From NCBI GenBank assembly GCA_031412515.1, contig JANODD010000147.1, positions 5,110-69,109 on the forward strand: a DNA stretch of 64,000 nt, given 5' to 3'. Origin of the DNA: Planctomycetia bacterium. GTDB lineage: Bacteria; Planctomycetota; Planctomycetia; Pirellulales; Pirellulaceae. Both the position numbers and the translations under genes were made by a program. Below are positions 1 to 8,547 of the stretch, in pieces; positions within the stretch are counted from its first letter, which is position 1; each line of letters opens with the position of its first letter. The notes beneath the pieces were generated by a model. The model saw only the letters and a list, made by a program, of their open reading frames with translations. It made no database searches and was not told where the DNA came from.

Positions 1-41
1 AGCCCCGGCTAGTAGTGATTTAGCAAGTGCTTTTACTCTGA

Positions 42-488
42 TTGGCGCGTTTTAAAAACAGAGATGAGACGATGGCTGGCCAAGCTTATGGACTCGTTGT
101 CGACAATGAATACAGTTCGCGTCTGATCATGGCGAGGACTGTGTTTCAAGCCGGCTACACACCAATCAGTGCTTGTGATGGTCAATCAGGATGGCTGCTA
201 GCGGAGGGTTTGCTGCCAAGAGTCATTATTACCGATCTAGACATGTCACCGTGGGGAGGTCTGCAATTGATTGAAGCGATACGTAAATCCAAGAACCCCC
301 TCGTTCGCGAGACCCCTATTATTGTTTGCAGTGGCACCGATGACAGGACGGCCAAACAAGCTGCCCTCGAGGCAGGTGCTTCGCGGTTCATTTCTAAACC
401 GGTTCGGATCTTAGAACTGTGTGAACTCATTTTTCAAGTCGTGACTGAAAAACCCCACCTCTTTAAATCAAGCTCTACGTTGTATTGA
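42..488 (+). CDS. Single-domain response regulator (CheY-like receiver); true start may be the ATG at ~70
   Basis: Receiver motifs LVVDNE, VIITDLDMSPWGG (phospho-Asp), PIIVCSG, FISKP. Confidence 0.88.
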   Translation: MARFKNRDETMAGQAYGLVVDNEYSSRLIMARTVFQAGYTPISACDGQSGWLLAEGLLPRVIITDLDMSPWGGLQLIEAIRKSKNPLVRETPIIVCSGTDDRTAKQAALEAGASRFISKPVRILELCELIFQVVTEKPHLFKSSSTLY

Positions 489-743
489 CCTCTTTGTTCT
501 AGATAGTCCTACGCAGTGCAAATCCACCGACCTATTTAAGTTCGTAAGTTCGTGCCCCGCCAGTCGAGCACTGAAAACCCGTAAACGCTGTGTTGCTCGT
601 AGAGCACTCACTAGCAGCACCTTCACTGTACGGCTGCAAGCCAGACTTGTGCCCTACACCGTCATGCAGTGCATAGTTCGCTATGCAAACCGCGTTAAAT
701 TGCGGTTCATTTCCTCTCATCATTCAACAACGATCCAACCACC

Positions 744-2471
744 ATGCTTAACAGGTTTCGAAAACTTCGTGGGAAATTGATCCCACGTTTTGTGCGCCTT
801 GCAATTCCCTACTTAAATTCAGAACAGCGGTGGAAAGCCCGAGGCCTGTTTTTACTGTTGATCTGCCTGATGTTGGCGGACACATCCGTCGCTGTAATGC
901 TGAACTGGCAGACCGGCGAGTTCTCGACCGCGCTCGCTGAACAGGACTCAGACCGCTATTGGAAATCAACCTACTTTACGATTTTGCTAATCGTGATTGG
1001 CTTTCCCACTTATGGGCTGTACTACTATGTTCGCGATCGTTTGACATTGCACTGGCGAAGCTGGATGACGTCGGATTTCATGTCAAAATACTTCGGTGAT
1101 CGACGCTACTACCAACTAACCTATTCCACATCGATCGATAATCCGGACCAACGAATGTCGGATGACATCAATTCGTTCACTTCCAAGTCGATCTACTTTT
1201 TACTGATTTTCATCGAAACATGTCTGCAAATCATCGCTTTCAGTGGAGTTTTGTGGTACTTGTCGCAGACGCTGGTGTGGACTCTGCTTGTGTACGCTTT
1301 TGTCGGCACCTTCTTAACGACTTTCGTTTTTGGACGGCCGTTAGTCGCGCTCAATTTCTTCCAGTTGAGAAACGAAGCGGATTTCCGATTCAGTTTGATT
1401 CGCGTTCGCGAAAACGCTGAATCGATTGCATTTTATCGCGGCGAAAAGAAAGAGCAAAGCTATGTGAAGGATCGTCTTGTCGATGTCCTTTCGAATACCA
1501 GACGCCTTGTCAACTGGCAGTTTTTCTTAAACTCCTTTCAGTCGCTCTACACATCAGCGTCGTACGTTTTGCCGGCGATTATATTAGCGCCCTCGGTCTT
1601 GAATGGTGACATGGAAGTAGGAGCCGTTGTGCAAGCGACCGGCGCATTTGCAAAAGTCTTTGGTGCTTTGAACGTGGTTGTTAGCAAGTTCGATCAGCTC
1701 AGTTACTTCACTGCCGGAGTCGGTCGGCTCGATCGCTTCTCGAAGGCGATCCAAGATAACGAGAACGGCAATGAACCATCGGAACGCATCGAATCCAAGG
1801 AAGTGGCGGCTTCGGAACAATCCGGCTTTGAGCGAGTATCGCTTGAAACGCCTGATGGCAAGCGACGATTGGTCGAAGACCTGCAACTGGACATCGAACC
1901 AGGAACGCGACTTCTCATCGTCGGTGCGAGCGGCGGTGGAAAGAGTTCACTGCTGCGAGCTTTCGCGGGCCTTTGGACATTGGGAACTGGTTCAATTTCA
2001 CGCCCACCGCTAAGCGACGTTTTGTTCCTCCCGCAGCGACCCTATATGGTGGTCGGAACGCTCCGCGATCAGCTGATGTATCCTAACGGCAAACCGCAAC
2101 TGACCGACCAAGATCTCGCAGATGCACTAGTTACTGTGCGACTTCCGGAATTGATCAAACGATTTGGTGGTCTGGACGCTGTGTGCGATTGGAGCAAAAC
2201 ACTTTCCCTAGGCGAACAGCAGCGGGTCGCTATTGCACGAGTCTTTCTTTCCGATCAAAAGTTCATCGTGCTTGATGAAGCGACCAGTGCTCTGGATGAG
2301 GAAAATGAGTCTGAAGTCTATGAGAAACTCGCTTCTGCAGAAGTCACCTTGATCAGCATCAGTCATCGCCCCAGCGTAGCGAGGTTTCACACCGAGGTCC
2401 TACAACTTGACGGCGAAGGGGGATGGTCGCTGATCTCTTCGGAAGAGTACCAAGCCAGTTTGCAGGACTAG
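744..2471 (+). CDS. Fused ABC transporter permease/ATPase, ABCD / YddA / Rv1819c(BacA)-like family
   Basis: N-terminal TM helices with NPDQRMSDD and EADFRFSLIRVRENAESIAFY (EAA-like motif), Walker A GASGGGKSS, signature LSLGEQQR, Walker B IVLDEATSALD, SISHR. Confidence 0.9.
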   Translation: MLNRFRKLRGKLIPRFVRLAIPYLNSEQRWKARGLFLLLICLMLADTSVAVMLNWQTGEFSTALAEQDSDRYWKSTYFTILLIVIGFPTYGLYYYVRDRLTLHWRSWMTSDFMSKYFGDRRYYQLTYSTSIDNPDQRMSDDINSFTSKSIYFLLIFIETCLQIIAFSGVLWYLSQTLVWTLLVYAFVGTFLTTFVFGRPLVALNFFQLRNEADFRFSLIRVRENAESIAFYRGEKKEQSYVKDRLVDVLSNTRRLVNWQFFLNSFQSLYTSASYVLPAIILAPSVLNGDMEVGAVVQATGAFAKVFGALNVVVSKFDQLSYFTAGVGRLDRFSKAIQDNENGNEPSERIESKEVAASEQSGFERVSLETPDGKRRLVEDLQLDIEPGTRLLIVGASGGGKSSLLRAFAGLWTLGTGSISRPPLSDVLFLPQRPYMVVGTLRDQLMYPNGKPQLTDQDLADALVTVRLPELIKRFGGLDAVCDWSKTLSLGEQQRVAIARVFLSDQKFIVLDEATSALDEENESEVYEKLASAEVTLISISHRPSVARFHTEVLQLDGEGGWSLISSEEYQASLQD

Positions 2472-2487
2472 CGTGGGTTACGCCAAC

Positions 2488-2588
2488 GTGAGCCGTCGGC
2501 GCTTAGCAAGTGAGCCGTCGGCACTTAGTAAGTAAGCCGTCGGCACTTAGTAAGTGAGCCGTCGGCGCTAGCCGCGGGTGAGCGAAGT
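2488..2588 (+). repeat. REP-like family A, left arm: three 22-bp tandem partial copies followed by one full copy
   Basis: GTGAGCCGTCGGC(G/A)CTTAG(C/T)AA at 2488, 2510, 2532, then GTGAGCCGTCGGCGCTAGCCGCGGGTGAGCGAAGT at 2554. Confidence 0.9.
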
Positions 2589-2740
2589 GTGTGGCTTAGC
2601 ACGATCGAGCGACGGTCTAATGTGAACCTAGTGCGGGTAAATACCAGTCAATGGACAAACCAATCTGCCGATCCATTGCTCGCTCGCATTTCCGTGACAA
2701 GTTAAGCCGAGATGCGGTTGTCATCAATGATGAAGAGCGA

Positions 2741-2785
2741 TGTGACAGGGAAATTGATGACAGGGAAACTAATTTTTCTGTCACA
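2741..2785. repeat. Imperfect inverted repeat with a duplicated arm, nested in the family A spacer
   Basis: TGTGACAGGGAAATT (2741-2755), TGACAGGGAAACT (2758-2770), AATTTTTCTGTCACA (2771-2785). Confidence 0.6.
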
Positions 2786-2932
2786 AGTGTTTTATTTAGA
2801 GGGCAGTTAGCGATAAGTTTGTCTGAGGCGAATCACGAGTGGGAGGATGTTGGCTTCCGTGAGAAGAACAAGCAGTGCTTCTTCCGGCTAAAGAAGACGG
2901 CTTAAATTGGACTTGTGTGGTGGGTGACGATT

Positions 2933-3006
2933 ACTTCGTTCACCCGCGGCTAGTGCCGTCGGCTCACAGTACCCGCGGCTAGCGCCGTCGGCTCACAGTA
3001 CCCGCG
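2933..3006 (-). repeat. REP-like family A, right arm (inverted): full copy plus a 29-bp-period duplication
   Basis: ACTTCGTTCACCCGCGGCTAGTGCCGTCGGCTCAC (2933-2967), ACCCGCGGCTAGCGCCGTCGGCTCAC (2971-2996), partial third copy. Confidence 0.9.
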
Positions 3007-3079
3007 CGGGTAAATCCGTACAAGCTCACACGGTCACACTCGGCAAGAGTGCCCCGCTTCAACATCAATGGGGACCGCT

Positions 3080-3592
3080 TCAATAATTCAACGATCGGCT
3101 TCTGTTCTGGCCTCCGAAGTCGGCGATGATCTGTTCGGCTATTTGGACTCGGTCGCGGGCATCTACGGTTACAATGACTCGCCCGCCCGAGAATTCAGTT
3201 TCGTAGTAACTCATATCTTCTTCGCTGACACCCATGCCTAGCAACGCGCCGCCCAAAGTACCAGCGGCTGCCCCGGTGGCCGCACTACCGACTAAAGCGG
3301 CCAAAGTTCCGCCGGCTATCACTGGACCAATGGCTGGTAAAACGCCCGCCATGATTCCCAGGCCCCATAGCGTTCCAGCTCCAACGCCCAATGCGGCTCC
3401 AGTGGCTGCACCTTCTGAAGTCAAATCGGAGGTATCTGTAGGCGCCGCCGAATGCGGTAGCTGGCCACGTTTGGAAACAAGTCCAATCTGCGATTCCGCA
3501 AATCCGCGATTTCGAAGTTCATTGACGGCTGCTTGCGCTTGACGATGAGACTCGAAAACTCCAATGACTGTACCCTTTGTTGCAGTGGTCAT
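3080..3592 (-). CDS. General stress protein, YflT-like N-terminus with glycine-zipper membrane segments
   Basis: VIGVFESHRQAQAAVNELRNRGF, G/A-rich hydrophobic hairpin, GVSEEDMSYYETEFSGGRVIVTV. Confidence 0.75.
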   Translation of the reverse strand: MTTATKGTVIGVFESHRQAQAAVNELRNRGFAESQIGLVSKRGQLPHSAAPTDTSDLTSEGAATGAALGVGAGTLWGLGIMAGVLPAIGPVIAGGTLAALVGSAATGAAAGTLGGALLGMGVSEEDMSYYETEFSGGRVIVTVDARDRVQIAEQIIADFGGQNRSRSLNY

Positions 3593-3674
3593 TTCTTCAC
3601 CTGCTTTCCTTAACGAATACTACTGTTGGTACCAGTCCCAATAGTCATAGGACTCATTCTCGATTTTTGCATCA

Positions 3675-3690
3675 TGCAAATGTGATTCCA
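3675..3690 (-). promoter_or_regulatory. Candidate sigma54 (-24/-12) promoter for the YflT-like gene
   Basis: Minus strand TGGAATCACATTTGCA: GG-N10-GC with TTGC, about 80 bp upstream of the start codon. Confidence 0.6.
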
Positions 3691-3740
3691 ATTGATTGAT
3701 CGCAAGTTGGAGGGAAAGGCAATGTAATTAGAGGTAATTG

Positions 3741-3870
3741 ATCGCAAGCTGGAAGCATACGCCACAATCGCAAACTGGAAGCATACGCCACAATCGCAAG
3801 CTGGAAGCATACGCCACAATCGCAAGCTGGAAGCATACGCCACAATCGCAAGCTGGAAGCATACGCCACG
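3741..3870 (-). repeat. REP-like family B: five tandem 26-bp copies
   Basis: ATCGCAAGCTGGAAGCATACGCCACA at 3741, 3767, 3793, 3819, 3845; degenerate start at 3699; reverse complement recurs at 54357. Confidence 0.9.
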
Positions 3871-3925
3871 TGAAGTGATCAAAAATGGTTCAGTCTGATC
3901 GTTCGGCTTGCTAGTGTGCAATTTG

Positions 3926-6900
3926 TCACACTTTTACGTTTTTGCAGTTGGCGAGCAATCTCTTTAGCTCAGAAGGGTCTACGGGTTTAACGAGATGGTA
4001 ATTGAAGCCGGCTTCGCGCGAGCGACGTTTGTCGTCGTCTTGCCCCCAACCAGTCAGTGCGATAAGAACGAGCCCTTCGGCCCATGGATTCTCACGAATG
4101 CGGCGACAAGCTTCGTACCCGTTGAGCTTAGGCATACCGATATCGAGCATGACTACTTCAGGTTGAAACACTGCCCCTGTTTCCACTGCTTCTAATCCAT
4201 CGTGGGCTGTGCGAACTTCGTTGCCCATAATCCGAAGCATCATTGCAAGGGTAGTGGCTGCATCTTTGTTGTCATCCGCAACCAAAATACGTCGTCGACT
4301 AGGCGCGGTAGCTGGACTGACTTTGTCGACTGGTTTGCCTTCCATTGAAGAAGTTTTCTCGATAGGTAGGCGCACAATGAACTCACTCCCTTGCCCCTGA
4401 CCTCCACTACGGACTTCGACGTTTCCGGCGTGTAATTCGACTAGCCGCTTGACTAGCGAGAGACCGATGCCCAGGCCGCCTTGCGATTTCTCAAGCGATC
4501 GGTCGACTTGCGTGAACATGTCAAAGATTGTGGGAATCATTTCTTGCGGGATGCCGATTCCGGTATCCTTGACACTGACTGCTACAACGTCACCTTGCAG
4601 TACGGCGGTCAGCCCAATGTGTCCGCCGCGTTCACTGTATTTGGCGGCGTTGTTCAATAAATTGGAGAACACTTGGCCAAGCCGAGTCACATCCGCGTTC
4701 AAGAAAATCGGCTTGGGTGGCAGGGTGACGCTGAGCTTATGGCCGCTGGTCGCGATGAGTGTTCGACTGGTTTCGACTGCGCTGTTGAGGACCGACGTTA
4801 GTTCGATCCGTTGTTTTCGCAATTCCAATTTCCCTCGACTGATTCGACTTACATCGAGCAAGTCATCTACTAGATGTACCATCTGTCCGAGTTGGCGTTC
4901 CATCATGGTTCGAACTTCGTCGATAGTTGCCTTATCGTTCGAAGAGCCCATGATTTGGAGACCGTTTCGAATCGGAGCTAAGGGATTGCGCAGTTCATGA
5001 GCGAGCGTCGCCAGGAACTCATCCTTGCGCCGATCAGCTTGCGAAAGTTCGGCGGCCAGTCGGCGTAGTTCTTCCTCAGCATGTTTGCGTTCAGTAATAT
5101 CGAGGTTTGTCCCTACGACCCATTCAACCTTGTCTTGATCGTTCACACGAACCGTTTCAACAGCGGCGACGTGACGGCATTCACCATCGTTGCGTCTACG
5201 GATACGGAAGGTGCGGCTGCTCTTTCCAAGCTGCTTTACAGTATCCTTTAAGATCGCCTCATTCTGGGCTAAATCTTCCGGTAGCACTGCATCACGCCAG
5301 TCGTTGTAATCGACGAAGCCGTCTGGAGTCGGTTCGAAGCCGTAAATGCGAAACATTTCAGCATCCCATCGGATGGAATTGGTAAGGACGTTCCATTCCC
5401 AGATACCGACTTGAGTCGCCTCCGTAGCCAGACGCATCCGTTGTTCACTTGCTCGTAACGCTTCCGTGGCTCGCGTTCGTTCGGTTACTTCGTGAAAATA
5501 GCAGGCTACACCATGTTTACCATCAGGGAGGGTCACACGCTGCGTTTCCCATTCATAGGTCTGTTGGATACCCAGATCCTGTCGCCGCTCGGTGAAAGGA
5601 GGTGAAATGTAGCGTTCACCGGTTTCCAACGTTTGCAGAAAAACCTTTGCAACCTTTCCGCCAACTTCCGGCCCCCATACGATTTCAATCACTTCTTTAA
5701 AGTCGCGACCGATCAGTGGTCGTACCGACTGGAAGACGGGCATCGCCACGGCGTTCACTTGCTGCAGACGGAAACCTGAATCGATAACATAAGTCCCCAT
5801 CGGCGCCTGTTCAATCAACGTAGAAAACAAGGCAGCGTTCTGACGAAGTCCTTCTTCAGCCCATTTTCGATCAGTGATTTCGGATGCAACCCCAATGTAC
5901 TGTCGCACCTCACCATTAGCGGCCCGTGAGAAGACGGCATCGCGAGACTCGAACCAACGCCATTGACCCGATTTGTGCAGCATTCGAAACTCGAACGAAG
6001 CGGTCTCGCTCGAATCGAGGTTGCGTATGCATTCGAGGTGTTGATCGAGGCGTTGCGGATCGGCGGGATGCATCAAAATTCGTCCTGCCTCCATTCCGAA
6101 CTCCGCAACCTCTGCAGGGCTATAGCCAAGCACTGCCGCAATGTTTCGATTCATGTAAAGAGGACGCCTGGATTGCAGATCGACGACTGACAGAACTCCG
6201 GGCATGACGTCCGCAATGCGCTCAAGGAAATGTGCTTTTTCGCGGAGCTCATTTTCAATTCGGATTCGCTCAGTAATGTCCAGCACGACTGCGATCAGTC
6301 CTAGGAATTCACCCGATGGTGACCGCAGGGGAGTCAAATTACTTTGGGCGCTCAGAACAGATCCATTTCTGCGGCAGTAAGACTTCTCTACTTGAAGATC
6401 GGGTCCTGATACGGCCAGCCGGGCGAAAGCCTCCTTCGTTATTTTCGCGCTCGAATCGTGCGTAAACTCCAAAACACTTTTGCCAAGCAGTTCGGCTTCG
6501 GTGTACCCCAGCATGTCGCACCATCGCTGGTTGACAAGCGTCATGCGGCCAGCGGCGTCAGTTTGCACAATCCCTGCCGGCGAGCGCCTCAGGATGCCGC
6601 TCAATCGCGCCTCGCTCTCACGGAGAGCTTCTTCGGCTTGCTTGCGTTCCGAGATATCGCGGACGGCGGCGACGGTGCCGATGCGAGTGCCGTCGGGAGC
6701 ATGTAAGTGGGTAACTGTGGATTCGACGTGCAGATTACGACCATCGTGGGTGTGCTGGAGAATTTCTCCGCGCCACTTTCCATGGTCGTGCATGGCCTTC
6801 TGCGATGCCGTTTGTTCTGCCAAGGTTGACCAGTGAGAGGTATACAAGTCGGAAAGCTTGCGGCCCAGTAAGTCGCTTGAGTGAACGCGATACTGTTGCT

Positions 6901-7174
6901 CGGCAGCAGCATTCATGAAGGTGATGCGATCATCCAAATCGACTGCGATCACAGCATCGTTGACCTGAGCGAGCATCTCGCCGCGGAAGCGATTCTCCTG
7001 TGCATCGAGTCCTTGAAGCGTGAATAGCTGAGGGCCAGCCTCCGCTTCAACCACGATCGCATCGACCTCGCCCGCCCGAATCGCTCGCAGTAGTTCTTCT
7101 GCTTCCTCCAGCCGCGCGCGGAGGTCCGCGTTTTCCAAAAGGAGCGAATGGTTGGTAAGCGATTTCGATTCCAT
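3926..7174 (-). CDS. Multi-PAS hybrid sensor histidine kinase with C-terminal receiver
   Basis: N-terminal coiled coil RARLEEAEELLRAIRAGEVDA, about five PAS/PAC domains, H-box FLATLAHELRNPLAPI, N-box NLLNNAAKYS, G-boxes DTGIGI and GLGIGL, receiver VMLDIGMPKLNG. Confidence 0.95.
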   Translation of the reverse strand: MESKSLTNHSLLLENADLRARLEEAEELLRAIRAGEVDAIVVEAEAGPQLFTLQGLDAQENRFRGEMLAQVNDAVIAVDLDDRITFMNAAAEQQYRVHSSDLLGRKLSDLYTSHWSTLAEQTASQKAMHDHGKWRGEILQHTHDGRNLHVESTVTHLHAPDGTRIGTVAAVRDISERKQAEEALRESEARLSGILRRSPAGIVQTDAAGRMTLVNQRWCDMLGYTEAELLGKSVLEFTHDSSAKITKEAFARLAVSGPDLQVEKSYCRRNGSVLSAQSNLTPLRSPSGEFLGLIAVVLDITERIRIENELREKAHFLERIADVMPGVLSVVDLQSRRPLYMNRNIAAVLGYSPAEVAEFGMEAGRILMHPADPQRLDQHLECIRNLDSSETASFEFRMLHKSGQWRWFESRDAVFSRAANGEVRQYIGVASEITDRKWAEEGLRQNAALFSTLIEQAPMGTYVIDSGFRLQQVNAVAMPVFQSVRPLIGRDFKEVIEIVWGPEVGGKVAKVFLQTLETGERYISPPFTERRQDLGIQQTYEWETQRVTLPDGKHGVACYFHEVTERTRATEALRASEQRMRLATEATQVGIWEWNVLTNSIRWDAEMFRIYGFEPTPDGFVDYNDWRDAVLPEDLAQNEAILKDTVKQLGKSSRTFRIRRRNDGECRHVAAVETVRVNDQDKVEWVVGTNLDITERKHAEEELRRLAAELSQADRRKDEFLATLAHELRNPLAPIRNGLQIMGSSNDKATIDEVRTMMERQLGQMVHLVDDLLDVSRISRGKLELRKQRIELTSVLNSAVETSRTLIATSGHKLSVTLPPKPIFLNADVTRLGQVFSNLLNNAAKYSERGGHIGLTAVLQGDVVAVSVKDTGIGIPQEMIPTIFDMFTQVDRSLEKSQGGLGIGLSLVKRLVELHAGNVEVRSGGQGQGSEFIVRLPIEKTSSMEGKPVDKVSPATAPSRRRILVADDNKDAATTLAMMLRIMGNEVRTAHDGLEAVETGAVFQPEVVMLDIGMPKLNGYEACRRIRENPWAEGLVLIALTGWGQDDDKRRSREAGFNYHLVKPVDPSELKRLLANCKNVKV

Positions 7175-7180
7175 GATGAC

Positions 7181-7600
7181 TTAGCTATTTGCTCCCCGAC
7201 ATTGATCCACACAGGAAACTTCTTGAGAGGGAATTTCTCGGGAAGGAATTTCGCAAGCGGTTGATAACTGCAAATCGAGACCGCGGAGGATGCGTTCAGT
7301 GTGGGACATATCGCCGACAAAGCGTCGCGATGGAAGCGGAAGTTTTTTGATCAATGTTGGCGCAGCGATGATCTGCTCCACTTTTGCGATTGAAGGCTGC
7401 AGTGAAATATCGATGACGTCTAAGTCGTAGCGTCCGGACAAGTACTCTTCGCATATTTTACGGATGTTCGCGACCGCAGCCAACGATCGGGGAGCGGTTC
7501 CGGTGACATACAGGCACAGGACGTATCGGACCTTGTCACGCGCGGCAGCCACCGCATCATATGCGGATAGGCTGTCTGTGACGTTTTTGCTTTCGATCAA
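7181..7600 (-). CDS. kaiB: KaiB-family protein; probable TTG start at 7600 (ORF track extends to 7669)
   Basis: YVLCLYVTGTAPRSLAAVANIRKICEEYLSGRYDLDVID...IIAAPTLIKKLPLPSRRFVGD; GAGGTG RBS-like sequence upstream of the TTG. Confidence 0.85.
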   Translation of the reverse strand: MIESKNVTDSLSAYDAVAAARDKVRYVLCLYVTGTAPRSLAAVANIRKICEEYLSGRYDLDVIDISLQPSIAKVEQIIAAPTLIKKLPLPSRRFVGDMSHTERILRGLDLQLSTACEIPSREIPSQEVSCVDQCRGANS

Positions 7601-7604
7601 AGTC

Positions 7605-7778
7605 TCACCTCTTCGCAGGTTGCACGTCGAGGCCGACCAGAACACGTTCTTCATTCGAAAGGTCGCCAATAATTTTTTTGATTGACTCTGGTAGTCGTCG
7701 CACTAAAGTAGGGACAGCTAGTATCTGGTCACCAGCGGCAAGCGCGGGCGTCTTGATGAGATCAATAATCTCAATAAC
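7605..7778 (-). pseudogene. kaiB: 5'-truncated second kaiB-like gene (C-terminal half only)
   Basis: [51 protein letters not shown] is KaiB-like; the in-frame upstream sequence lacks the LRLYVAG...CEE half. Confidence 0.8.
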
Positions 7779-8547
7779 GCTCCAGGGTCGAGAAGTTACG
7801 GTTCCATTCGTCTCGTACAAGCGGCCCCAACTAAGTCCGATTATTCCATGATTTTTACTAAAAAGCGACCAAACCATTTGACACTCTAAAAACATCATTT
7901 CTTTACACCCAAAAGCAGGAGTCAGTGCATCTTTACGCGTTGCCTGCAATCGCTTCCTTCCGACCGCCTGCGAAATCTATCACCCTTCAAAAGAAAAGAA
8001 ACCGCGAGTTGGCTGCACTTTTCCGAGCCTAAATTGTTTTGCGTATGGCAGTTGCGGTGAAATCGAGGGTAGAGCAAATCGTTTCTGGCACTGAACTGAT
8101 TGGCTTTCGAACAGCAATCACGCATGTAAAGGTCTGCGAGAGATTCTGCAATGCAACTTCCGTTTTGCGTGTAGACATTGAAGCAAACCGCGAGCCACCC
8201 CTGGCCGCTTGCATTTCACCTGAGCGGAATTGGCAGTAAACTGTCAAGTTTGAACGCGCAGCTCGATTAGCTTTCACATGGCGTGCTTGAGAGAGACTGA
8301 TTGAACATCAGTGTGTATTTAATTCATCCGTCCCGCTCGGCTTTCAGCCATGGGAAGTAAGCACTGACACAAGAATGTGAAGTAGGAAGTGCGCAGAAGG
8401 TTTGTTGGTTTAATCGCTCACCTAATAGCAGACCCTTTCCATCATGGCTAAACTTGTTCCTATATAGCAAAGGCGAGACGGCTTGCCGCAGTTTCGCTCT
8501 TTTTAGTGCTGTAATAACAATTTCGTTAGGAACGATGCGGTGACGAA

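Noticed and set aside
532-723. 63-aa ORF with ALHDGVGH resembling a HisKA_3 H-box
   Set aside because: The surrounding sequence does not fit a kinase helix; the region is better explained as a leader with hairpins.
490-743. Cobalamin riboswitch upstream of the Rv1819c-like transporter
   Set aside because: Conserved B12-element motifs could not be found by eye; an Rfam scan would settle it.
2651-2905. 84-aa ORF inside the REP spacer as a transposase remnant
   Set aside because: No HUH or DDE motifs and no RBS; runs through a nested hairpin repeat.
3741-3870. CRISPR array
   Set aside because: Units are directly abutting with no unique spacers, and no cas genes are present.
3610-3921. ORFs with repeated AIVAYASSLR
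   Set aside because: Translations of the 26-bp repeat array.
4449-5000. 183-aa plus-strand ORF
   Set aside because: Antisense shadow of the histidine kinase core.
7181-7949. Functional circadian clock
   Set aside because: No kaiC or kaiA in the window and one kaiB is truncated.
7922-8277. Short ORFs as kaiC remnants
   Set aside because: Frames I translated showed no KaiC-like motifs.
8472-8486. Sigma54 promoter for the CHASE3 kinase
   Set aside because: GG to GC spacing is 11, not 10.
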